Below are positions 48,265 to 55,635 of a stretch of DNA of 55,635 nucleotides, one piece after another (the stretch's first letter is position 1; each line of letters opens with the position of its first letter). The notes below the pieces were generated by a model. That model saw nothing but the letters and a program-made list of their open reading frames with translations. It ran no database searches and was not told the DNA's origin. The translations under genes and the position numbers were made by a program. Source of the DNA: an uncultured Rhodothermales bacterium (GTDB taxonomy: Bacteria > Bacteroidota > Rhodothermia > Rhodothermales > VXPQ01); assembly GCA_964570345.1 (NCBI GenBank), contig CAZMXY010000006.1, positions 1 through 55,635 of the forward strand, written 5' to 3'.

Positions 48265-49641
48265 ATGCAGAATACGGCCGTCCTCAACGTCGTGGGGCTC
48301 ACCCGGGAATTGCTCCGACACGCTCCCTTCCTGTCTGCGTGGGCGGAGGATGCGCGGCCGAGCGAGGTAACGCCCTGCCTTCCTGCCGTCACCTGCCCGG
48401 TACAGTCCACTTATCTCACCGGCGTGATGCCGGCCGTCCACGGCATCGTCGGCAACGGCTGGTACTTTCGTGACGAATGCGAGATCAAATTCTGGCGCCA
48501 GTCGAACCGGCTCGTGCAATCGAAGAACCTCTGGGAAACGGCACGCGAGAGCGATCCCGAGTTCACCTGCGCGAATCTGTTCTGGTGGTACAACATGTAC
48601 TCGTCGGTCGATTACGCGGTAACGCCCCGGCCGATGTATCCGGCCGACGGTCGCAAGATTCCGGACGTATGGACGAACCCACCCGAGCTGCGGCAGGATT
48701 TGCAAGACGCGCTCGGAAGGTTTCCCCTTTTCAATTTCTGGGGGCCCAACACCAGCATAGACGCGAGTGCGTGGATTGCCCACGCATCCATCCGCGTGGT
48801 CGAACGATTCGATCCAACCCTCACGCTCGTCTATCTTCCGCATCTCGACTACGTGCTACAGCGGGCGGGCCCTCTCGGTGACGACGTACTCCGGCACGTC
48901 CGTGAGATTGACGCCGTCTGCGAAGAACTCGTCACTTTTTTCGAGCGGCGCGGGACGCAGCTCATCATCCTGTCCGAATACGGCATCACGCGCGTGCGCC
49001 GCGGCGTTTCGTTGAACCGCACGTTGCGCGAACAGGGCTTCGTTTCGGTCCGAGAGGAGCTCGGACGCGAGCTGCTCGATGCCGGCGCAAGTCGCGCCTT
49101 TGCCGTGGCGGATCATCAGGTGGCGCACGTCTACGTACGGGACAAGGCCGATGTCTCCCCCGTTCGCGATCTGCTGGCGCACCACGACGGCGTCGACCTG
49201 GTGCTCGAAGGGCGCAGTCGGAGTGCGGCGGGACTCGATCACGAGCGGTCGGGTGAGCTCGTCGCCGTGGCGGAGGCCGAAGCGTGGTTTACGTACTATT
49301 ACTGGATGGACGACGAACGCGCTCCTGATTTCGCCCGGACGGTGGACATTCACCGAAAACCCGGATACGATCCGGTCGAGCTCTTCGTGGATCCGGACCT
49401 GAGGGCTCCGGCGGCCAGAGTCGGCTTTCGCTTGCTGCAGAAGAAGCTCGGATTTCGGTACCTGATGGACGTGATACCGCTCGAACCCTCTCTGGTGAGT
49501 GGGTCGCACGGGAGACTGCCGGACGCACCCGAGCACGGACCGCTGCTGATTTCGCGACGTGCGGACCTGGTGGGCGGAGCGCACCTCCACGCCGCGGCCG
49601 TTCACGACGTCATTTTAAATCATCTCCGTGGGCGCCGGTAG
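48265..49641 (+). CDS. eboF: Nucleotide pyrophosphatase/phosphodiesterase (alkaline-phosphatase superfamily; EboF)
   Basis: The ATG at 48265 (MQNTAVLNVVGLT), 8 nt after the eboE stop, is preferred over the track start at 48229. The nucleophile region LPAVTCPVQSTYLTGVMPAVHGIVGNGWY is typical of type I phosphodiesterase/NPP enzymes. Later metal ligands: YLPHLDY, SEYG, GSHG. Confidence 0.8.
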   Translation: MQNTAVLNVVGLTRELLRHAPFLSAWAEDARPSEVTPCLPAVTCPVQSTYLTGVMPAVHGIVGNGWYFRDECEIKFWRQSNRLVQSKNLWETARESDPEFTCANLFWWYNMYSSVDYAVTPRPMYPADGRKIPDVWTNPPELRQDLQDALGRFPLFNFWGPNTSIDASAWIAHASIRVVERFDPTLTLVYLPHLDYVLQRAGPLGDDVLRHVREIDAVCEELVTFFERRGTQLIILSEYGITRVRRGVSLNRTLREQGFVSVREELGRELLDAGASRAFAVADHQVAHVYVRDKADVSPVRDLLAHHDGVDLVLEGRSRSAAGLDHERSGELVAVAEAEAWFTYYYWMDDERAPDFARTVDIHRKPGYDPVELFVDPDLRAPAARVGFRLLQKKLGFRYLMDVIPLEPSLVSGSHGRLPDAPEHGPLLISRRADLVGGAHLHAAAVHDVILNHLRGRR

Positions 49642-50605
49642 CCATGAGCCGGCGCTTGCCGCTCTCGGAGGTCCACATTTCCTTCATTACGTATCGGGGC
49701 CGCGACTTCACCTCTTCGTACACGCGCGCCAGATACGCGCCTACGATGCCCAGAAAGAACAGTTGAACGCCGCCGAAGAAGAATGCCGCGAAGATGAGCG
49801 AAGCCCACCCCGTGACTGGAACGCCGAAGACGTACTTGTCGACCAGAACCCAGACGAGACCCACAACCGACAGCATCGAGAGTCCGATGCCTACGGTAGC
49901 GGCATACCACAGCGGTTTGTCGGAAAACGACGTAATGCCGGTAGTGGCGAGACTCCAGAGCTTACGAAAAGGATATTTCGTCCTTCCCGCGGCTCTCTTC
50001 GGTCGCGCGTAGCGGATGCCGATCTGGTTGTATCCTAACCAGGCAACGAGACCGCGTACGAACGGCTGACGCTCCTTCAGGGCATTGAAGGCGTCGAGAA
50101 CCTCGCGACTGATGAGCCGGAAATCGCCGGTGTCGAGAGGCGCTTCGATGTCGCTCATCTGCTTGAAAAATCGATAGAACACGAACGTCGCCGCACGCCT
50201 GAAGATCGTCTCACCCTCTCGCTCTTCACGAATTCCGTAAACGACGTCGTAGCCGTCGCGCCACTTCTCCACCATCTCCGAGACGATCCAGAAAGGATCC
50301 TGTAGGTCGGCGTCCATGATCACGGCCGCGTCCGCCTCGACGAACTCGAGCCCGGCGGTGATGGCAATCTGGTGCCCGAAATTCCTCGAGAATCGAAGCA
50401 GTTTGTACCCGGGTTGGCCGGCGGTCAAGTCGCGCACGCGCTCCGCCGTCGCGTCGCGACTCCCGTCATCTACCAGCACGACCTCCACGACATCGGGATG
50501 CTCGGAGCGATAGGCTTCGAGTTCCTCGATCAAGAGCGGGACCACGGCCTCTTCGTTGTAGAGGGGGATGACGATGGCGACGGTGTTGCGGCCTCGATCG
50601 GTCAT
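49610..50605 (-). CDS. GT2 polyprenyl-phosphate glycosyltransferase (GtrB/ArnC/DPM1 architecture)
   Basis: 331 aa. GT-A motifs VAIVIPLYNEE, VDDGSRD, MDADLQD (DxD), plus two C-terminal TM helices (VGIGLSMLSVVGLVWVL, IFAAFFFGGVQLFFLGIVGAYL). Its 3' end overlaps the eboF 3' end by 32 nt in convergent orientation. Confidence 0.85.
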   Translation of the reverse strand: MTDRGRNTVAIVIPLYNEEAVVPLLIEELEAYRSEHPDVVEVVLVDDGSRDATAERVRDLTAGQPGYKLLRFSRNFGHQIAITAGLEFVEADAAVIMDADLQDPFWIVSEMVEKWRDGYDVVYGIREEREGETIFRRAATFVFYRFFKQMSDIEAPLDTGDFRLISREVLDAFNALKERQPFVRGLVAWLGYNQIGIRYARPKRAAGRTKYPFRKLWSLATTGITSFSDKPLWYAATVGIGLSMLSVVGLVWVLVDKYVFGVPVTGWASLIFAAFFFGGVQLFFLGIVGAYLARVYEEVKSRPRYVMKEMWTSESGKRRLMATGAHGDDLK

Positions 50606-50708
50606 TTGGTGATGACTCGCTTCGTTTCGGTGGAGCGATTCGCCGACGGTTGGCGCCCTTCCTGATCCTCCGAAACGCCCTCGCCCTCAGGTTCAGTTCC
50701 GCCACGCC

Positions 50709-51815
50709 CTACTCGGCCCTGCTCCAGCTGTCCTGGTCGATCGTCAGACGGGCCGAGATGCGGTGCGAATAGCCCAGGTCCGCAGCGAGTCCGGCGAAGT
50801 CCCCGAAGCCGTAATCGACCGAGAGCTGCTTGATATGAAGACCGGCACCCACGGTCGGCGTCGCGTTCCATCCGTAGCGTTCCGATACGACGACGTTCGA
50901 CAGCCCCGCGCGAATCGCCACGACGCCTTTGTAACTGTATTCGGTACCTACGCGGGGATGGAACGAGACGTCCCCTGCATTCAGAGCGTAGGCGCGCTGG
51001 CCGTCGAAGGCCAGATCGACGTCGGCGCCGAGCACCACGCTATGATCCCCCGTTCCCATCAGGTATCCGGAGCCGAGCCGCGCAACGGGAAGGACGACCT
51101 CGACGCCGCCCTGCGGGAGCTCCTCTCCGAACACGTCCTGAATGTTCCGAAGCTGGTCCTGGTTCACGCTCCACGACTGCCGCATGCCGGCCGCGTCCTG
51201 CAGGTTTGCACCGACGACGAACCGGCGCGTCCGGTACTGCACGCCCGCGTCGAAGCTGTAGCCCCATGCGTCGGCGAAGTCACCGATGTTACGTCGGATG
51301 ATCTTGCCGGATACGCCGACGGCAACGTTTTCGCGGATCGCCCGGGCATAGCTCAGAAAAAACGCCACGTCAGCCGCCGAAAAGCTCGAAATGTGATCCT
51401 CCGGGTTCGGCCGCGGCTGGTCGCGCTCCGGGTCCCATGCGTCGAGCGTGTTCTTGATGTCGTTGACGCCGCTGCGGAAGAACGAGAATCCGAAAGTCGA
51501 CCTCGAATTGATCGGCAGGGCGATGCCTCCGTAATCAAACGACACGATGCCGGCGAAACGCTCGGCGTGCATGTAGGCGACCTCGGGATAATAGAGCCGG
51601 CTGAGTCCCGCCGCATTCCAGTATCCCGCGCTGACGTCCTCTGCCAGGGCGACGTGCGTGCCGCCCATACCCAGCGCTCGGCCGCCCACCCCTCCGGAGA
51701 GAAAATCAGCGCCGTAGCTTACCACCTTCTGGGCGAACGCCGTGTGTGGCAGCGTGACGAACGCCCCCGCGAGAACCACGATTCGTGCGGCGGTGAGTAC
51801 AGTTCGGATCGACAT
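50709..51815 (-). CDS. PorV/PorQ-family (FadL-like) outer-membrane protein
   Basis: 368 aa. Signal peptide IVVLAGAFVTLPHTAFAQ. The N-terminal motif GGRALGMGGTHVALAEDVSAGYWNAAGLS matches the PorV/PorQ-family pattern as I remember it. The rest is beta-strand rich. Confidence 0.65.
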   Translation of the reverse strand: MSIRTVLTAARIVVLAGAFVTLPHTAFAQKVVSYGADFLSGGVGGRALGMGGTHVALAEDVSAGYWNAAGLSRLYYPEVAYMHAERFAGIVSFDYGGIALPINSRSTFGFSFFRSGVNDIKNTLDAWDPERDQPRPNPEDHISSFSAADVAFFLSYARAIRENVAVGVSGKIIRRNIGDFADAWGYSFDAGVQYRTRRFVVGANLQDAAGMRQSWSVNQDQLRNIQDVFGEELPQGGVEVVLPVARLGSGYLMGTGDHSVVLGADVDLAFDGQRAYALNAGDVSFHPRVGTEYSYKGVVAIRAGLSNVVVSERYGWNATPTVGAGLHIKQLSVDYGFGDFAGLAADLGYSHRISARLTIDQDSWSRAE

Positions 51816-52036
51816 GACGGCGCCGGCCAGTTTGATCAGGCGAAATTGCGACGATGCAAGCTACGGATCGGATTCGCGTGCGAAGGCCGATGAATTCGTC
51901 GTACCGATTCGGTCGATAGGCGCGCGGCGGCGTTGCGGAGTGGTGGTGACGACGTGAGTACTCAGTACCCCTACGCGCGTTCCGACACCCAATCGTTCGA
52001 TCACGACGACTCAGTCCCCGTGCCTTCGGGAACGAG

Positions 52037-52750
52037 CTACTCGCGAATCGACGACGCACCCTTTTCCACCATGGCCTCCTGAGCGTCCCGGTGTCGGATG
52101 TCCACCCCTTCGACGAGGAAGACGACGACTTCGGCGATGTTCTTGGCGTGATCGGCGATGCGCTCGACGGATTTGCTCATGTTCACGAGATGGACGATTT
52201 CCGTCGCGGCTTCGGGCCTCTCCCGGATCAGTTCAGCGAGCGTAACGAAAGTCTCGCTGTGCATGCGGTCGATCCGGCGGTCATGAGCGAGCACCTGGCG
52301 TGCGAGGATTCGATCCTGCTTGATGAAGGCATCCTGCGCCTCGTGAAGGACTTTTCGCGCCTCGTCGGCCATTTCCCGGATCTGAGTCTTTTCGATCAGA
52401 TCCGATGCGCCCCCTAGGTGCTGCGTATTCTTCGCCAGATTTTTGGCGTGGTCGCCGATGCGCTCGAGGTCGGTGTTGACCTTGACGGCCGATATGATGA
52501 GTCGAAGATCGACCGCTACGGGAGTGAACAGAGCGAGTATGCGCTCGCACTGATGGTCGACCTTCAGCTCATAGGCATCGACTTCGTCGTCGCGTTTACG
52601 CACTCTTCGAGCGAGATCGACGTCGCATTTGGCGACGGCATCGATCGCGCCGGCAACCTGCTCGTCGACCAGCTCGGACATTTCGATCAACAACGACCGC
52701 AACCTCGCGAGTTCTTCGTCGAGATGCCTGTGGCCCTTCGTGTCAACCAT
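52037..52750 (-). CDS. phoU: Phosphate signalling complex protein PhoU
   Basis: Two PhoU repeats (DLERIGDHAKNLAKN and SVERIADHAKNIAEV). The ATG at 52750 is preceded by GGAGGT 9 nt upstream, so the TTG at 52771 in the ORF track is less likely. Confidence 0.9.
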   Translation of the reverse strand: MVDTKGHRHLDEELARLRSLLIEMSELVDEQVAGAIDAVAKCDVDLARRVRKRDDEVDAYELKVDHQCERILALFTPVAVDLRLIISAVKVNTDLERIGDHAKNLAKNTQHLGGASDLIEKTQIREMADEARKVLHEAQDAFIKQDRILARQVLAHDRRIDRMHSETFVTLAELIRERPEAATEIVHLVNMSKSVERIADHAKNIAEVVVFLVEGVDIRHRDAQEAMVEKGASSIRE

Positions 52751-52787
52751 ACTGCCGTTACCTCCTGGCAAACGTGTAGTTGGGGGG

Positions 52788-53660
52788 TCATCCGAACCGC
52801 CCCGTGATGTAATCCTCCGTTCGTGGATTCTTCGGCCGGGTAAACAGTTCCCCCGTGTCGTCTATTTCGACGAGCTCGCCCATGTAAAAAAACGCCGTGC
52901 GATCGCTGATGCGACCGGCCTGCTGCATGTTGTGAGTTACGACGACGATCGTGTAGCGGTCTTGGAGCTTGAGGATGGTCTCCTCGAGCTTCGCCGTCGC
53001 GATGGGATCGAGGGCGCTCGCCGGCTCGTCCATCAGCACGACGTCGGGCTCCACGGCGAGCGCTCGTGCAATGCAGAGCCGCTGCTGCTGGCCGCCGCTC
53101 AGCGAGTACGCCTGCGTCTGGAGCCGGTCCTTGACCTCGTCCCACAGTGCGGCCTGTCGCAGACACCGCTCGACGAGCGTGTCATGATTGCCCCGGTAGC
53201 CGTTGATGACGGCCCCCCAGATTACGTTCTGATAGATGGTCTTCGGAAAAGGATTGGGCTTTTGAAAGACCATCCCGATTCGTCGCCGCACCATCACGGG
53301 ATCGGCATTCTTGTAGATGTCGCGGTCGTCGATCAGAACCTGCCCTTCCAGGCGCGCCTCCGGAATCAACTCGTTCATCCGATTCAGGCAGCGTATGAGC
53401 GTGCTCTTGCCGCATCCCGAGGGACCGATGAAGGCCGTTACCTCGTTCGCACGAATGTCCAGCGAGATGTCCTTGAGTACGTGGTTGCTGCCGTACCAGA
53501 AGTCGAGGTTCCTGATCTGTATTTTGGACCCGGCACCGACGGGCTTTTCGGCCGGCGCCTGCCCCAAGACGGGCTCGCTTGCCGCACGACGCTCCGATTG
53601 CGCGTCGTCCTGCGCTTCCGCCTCCTCTCGGACTCGATCTTTGGTCGCCGTCTTATCCAT
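52788..53660 (-). CDS. pstB: Phosphate ABC transporter ATP-binding protein PstB
   Basis: IRNLDFWYG, Walker [10 protein letters not shown], signature [14 protein letters not shown], Walker [13 protein letters not shown]. The ATG at 53660 is preferred over the GTG at 53666. It has a ~40-aa acidic N-terminal extension. Confidence 0.93.
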   Translation of the reverse strand: MDKTATKDRVREEAEAQDDAQSERRAASEPVLGQAPAEKPVGAGSKIQIRNLDFWYGSNHVLKDISLDIRANEVTAFIGPSGCGKSTLIRCLNRMNELIPEARLEGQVLIDDRDIYKNADPVMVRRRIGMVFQKPNPFPKTIYQNVIWGAVINGYRGNHDTLVERCLRQAALWDEVKDRLQTQAYSLSGGQQQRLCIARALAVEPDVVLMDEPASALDPIATAKLEETILKLQDRYTIVVVTHNMQQAGRISDRTAFFYMGELVEIDDTGELFTRPKNPRTEDYITGRFG

Positions 53661-53778
53661 ACTCACCCTTTCCGTCGAATGCTGCTAGGATACGTACGAT
53701 CTGCGTCGTCCCCATCACTGCCTTCTCTCCGTTCGCGTATTTCCGTTCACGCATCGTCGATCCACGTCCTCGCTTGCC

Positions 53779-54657
53779 TCACTGCACGCGATGCCGTTCA
53801 AAATAGTTACGCAGGAGGATGGCGCTCAGGTTCATCGCAAAGAGAACGACGAGCAGCACGACGATCCCTGCCGCCGCCAACCCCTGAAATTCGGCCTGGG
53901 GACGGGCGGTCCAATTGAATATCTGGATGGGCAAGACCGTGAAGGGATCCATTACGCTGCTCGGAAGAAATGCGATGAACGTAAGGGCGCCGATCATGAT
54001 CAGCGGCGCCGTTTCACCGATGGCCCGGCTCAACGCCAGTATGACACCCGTCAAGATTCCCGGAGCGGAAATCGGCAAAAGGTGACTCCAAATGACCTGC
54101 CGGCGCGTCGCCCCGAGCGCGTACGCACTCTCGCGAATACCCTGCGGTACGGCACGCAGCGCCTCCTGCGATGCAATGATGATGATCGGCAGGATGAGCA
54201 GCGCCATCGTGAGCGCGCCGGCCATCAGGCTTCGCTCCAGTGCAAAGAAACGGACGAAGAGGGCCAGGCCCAGAATGCCGTAGAGTACCGACGGGACGCC
54301 CGCCAGGTTGGCGATGTTGATCTGGATGATCCGAAAGAACCACCCCTTCCTCGCATATTCTTCCAGGTACACGGCCGACGCGATACCCACGGGGACCGAA
54401 ATCAGGGCCGTAAGTCCGATCATCCAGAGGGATCCGACGATGGCCGACTTGATGCCGGCACGCTCGGCGAATCGCGACGGATAACTCGTCAGAAAGTCGA
54501 GATCCAGCCACGGGCGCCCTTTGACGACCACGTCGACGAGCAGCGTTACGAGAACGACGAGGCCGAAAAGCGTGGCGACGAAGAACACGGCGCCCAGGAC
54601 GAGACCCTTCCTGCGCCGGTGTTCGATTCGTTCGTCGAATGTGGTGTGGACGCCCAT
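53779..54657 (-). CDS. pstA: Phosphate ABC transporter permease PstA
   Basis: 292 aa, 6 TM, EAA-type loop [17 protein letters not shown], in pstC-pstA-pstB-phoU order. Confidence 0.9.
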   Translation of the reverse strand: MGVHTTFDERIEHRRRKGLVLGAVFFVATLFGLVVLVTLLVDVVVKGRPWLDLDFLTSYPSRFAERAGIKSAIVGSLWMIGLTALISVPVGIASAVYLEEYARKGWFFRIIQINIANLAGVPSVLYGILGLALFVRFFALERSLMAGALTMALLILPIIIIASQEALRAVPQGIRESAYALGATRRQVIWSHLLPISAPGILTGVILALSRAIGETAPLIMIGALTFIAFLPSSVMDPFTVLPIQIFNWTARPQAEFQGLAAAGIVVLLVVLFAMNLSAILLRNYFERHRVQ

Positions 54658-54663
54658 GTAGGA

Positions 54664-55629
54664 TCAGTAGCGCTCGCGAAACCTTTGGATGACGGCGTTG
54701 GCGAGGAAATTCATCACCAGCGTAATCAGAAACAGGACGAGTCCGACCGCGAAAATGCTGTAATAGACGACCGTGCCCTGAGGGGTGTCGCCGAGGCTGA
54801 CGTTGACGATGTAGGCCGTCATCGTCTGAATCGACTCGACTGGATTGAACGTGAGCTTCGGCGTGGCGCCGGCGGCCAGCGTAACGATCATCGTTTCTCC
54901 GATAGCGCGGCTCAGCGCGAGGATGAAGCTGGCGATGATCCCGCTTATGGCACCCGGCACCATGACCCGCAGCACGACCTCGATTTTCGTTGCTCCGAGT
55001 GCGTAAGCCCCTTCCGAGAGCGAGCGTGGAACGGCCCGGATGGCGTCCTCGCTGAGTGAGGCAACCATGGGGATGATCATGATCCCGACGACGATGCCCG
55101 CACTCAGTGCATTATAAATGTTGAGGCCCGGAACGATCGGCTGGAGAAGCGGGGTCACGAAGGTAAGCGCGAAGTAGCCGTAGACCACCGTCGGAATCCC
55201 GGCCAACAATTCGAGACCCGGTTTGAGGACGCTTCGAACTCGCGGCGGTGCGTACTCTGCGATAAAAATCGCGCTTGCGAGGCCGGTCGGAAGGGCCACC
55301 ACGGCCGCGATGAGCGTGACCAGGAGCGTGCCCGACAGCAGCGGCCAGATACCGAAATGCTTGTCGACGAACTGAGGCGTCCATTTCGTGTCCGTCAGGA
55401 AGTCGATGATCGAGACCTCGGCGAAAAAGTTCGCCGATTCGTACACGAGCACGCCGGCAATGCCGAGCGTCGTTACGATGCTGATCAGCGCGCAGAATGC
55501 CAGCGCATATTCAACGATCCTTTCCTTCGGACCTTGAAAGACGTTCTTCGATAGATCGGCCTCCGGTAGGCTGCGATCCGAAAGGCCGCCCGGACCCCGG
55601 ACCCCGGCTTGTGTCTTCGCGGCGTCCAT
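54664..55629 (-). CDS. pstC: Phosphate ABC transporter permease PstC
   Basis: 321 aa, 6 TM, EAA-type loop [20 protein letters not shown] at 55629, so its promoter and any Pho box lie beyond the window end. Confidence 0.9.
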   Translation of the reverse strand: MDAAKTQAGVRGPGGLSDRSLPEADLSKNVFQGPKERIVEYALAFCALISIVTTLGIAGVLVYESANFFAEVSIIDFLTDTKWTPQFVDKHFGIWPLLSGTLLVTLIAAVVALPTGLASAIFIAEYAPPRVRSVLKPGLELLAGIPTVVYGYFALTFVTPLLQPIVPGLNIYNALSAGIVVGIMIIPMVASLSEDAIRAVPRSLSEGAYALGATKIEVVLRVMVPGAISGIIASFILALSRAIGETMIVTLAAGATPKLTFNPVESIQTMTAYIVNVSLGDTPQGTVVYYSIFAVGLVLFLITLVMNFLANAVIQRFRERY

Positions 55630-55635
55630 GCGTTA

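Noticed and set aside
50763-51893. 376-aa plus-strand ORF
   Set aside because: It is antisense to the PorV-like gene, Arg/Val/Asp-rich and without motifs. The minus-strand frame has a signal peptide and a beta-barrel pattern.
53791-55059. 422-aa plus-strand ORF
   Set aside because: It is antisense to pstA/pstC. Its composition is R/D/E/H-rich low complexity. The pst permease frames have clear TM and EAA-loop signatures.

Overview
High-GC chromosomal segment, probably from a Bacteroidota/Rhodothermota-type bacterium. That taxonomic guess rests on a T9SS C-terminal sorting tail on a subtilase, a PorV/PorQ-like outer-membrane protein, and GWxTD lipoproteins. The window is densely coding on both strands. 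I saw no transposase, integrase, CRISPR array, tRNA or rRNA.

Most genes are housekeeping:
- 5'-truncated RNase P RNA, secG, a NUDIX hydrolase, rsmE, an Omp85-family protein, mutY
- a T9SS-secreted S8 protease
- CIRCE-groES-groEL
- a soluble PAS histidine kinase with a tandem-TerB protein
- glmM, ctaA-ctaB, rlmN, an MFS transporter
- a GH3/beta-lactamase-fold fusion
- gatB-tpiA followed by two paralogous GWxTD lipoproteins
- bcp, and a fused E1 alpha/beta dehydrogenase translationally coupled to a polyprenyl glycosylphosphotransferase
- three outer-membrane barrel genes, tonB, mtnA, and pstC-pstA-pstB-phoU

The standout is a complete, tightly packed six-gene cluster at 42957-49641 with the gene content and order of the ebo (eboA-F) cluster: EboA-like, TatD-like hydrolase, UbiA prenyltransferase, DHQS-like sugar-phosphate cyclase, xylose-isomerase-like TIM barrel, nucleotide pyrophosphatase/phosphodiesterase. 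This cluster type is already described and widely conserved, but its chemical product is unknown. Here it stands alone, without scytonemin genes. Its 3' end overlaps a convergent GtrB/ArnC-type polyprenyl-phosphate glycosyltransferase that follows a PorV-like outer-membrane gene.

The many long ORFs antisense to, or out of frame with, these genes are treated as high-GC artefacts. The ORF track uses GTG/TTG as well as ATG starts, and several starts were re-evaluated by reading the DNA. All family assignments come from motifs read by eye; no database search was run.
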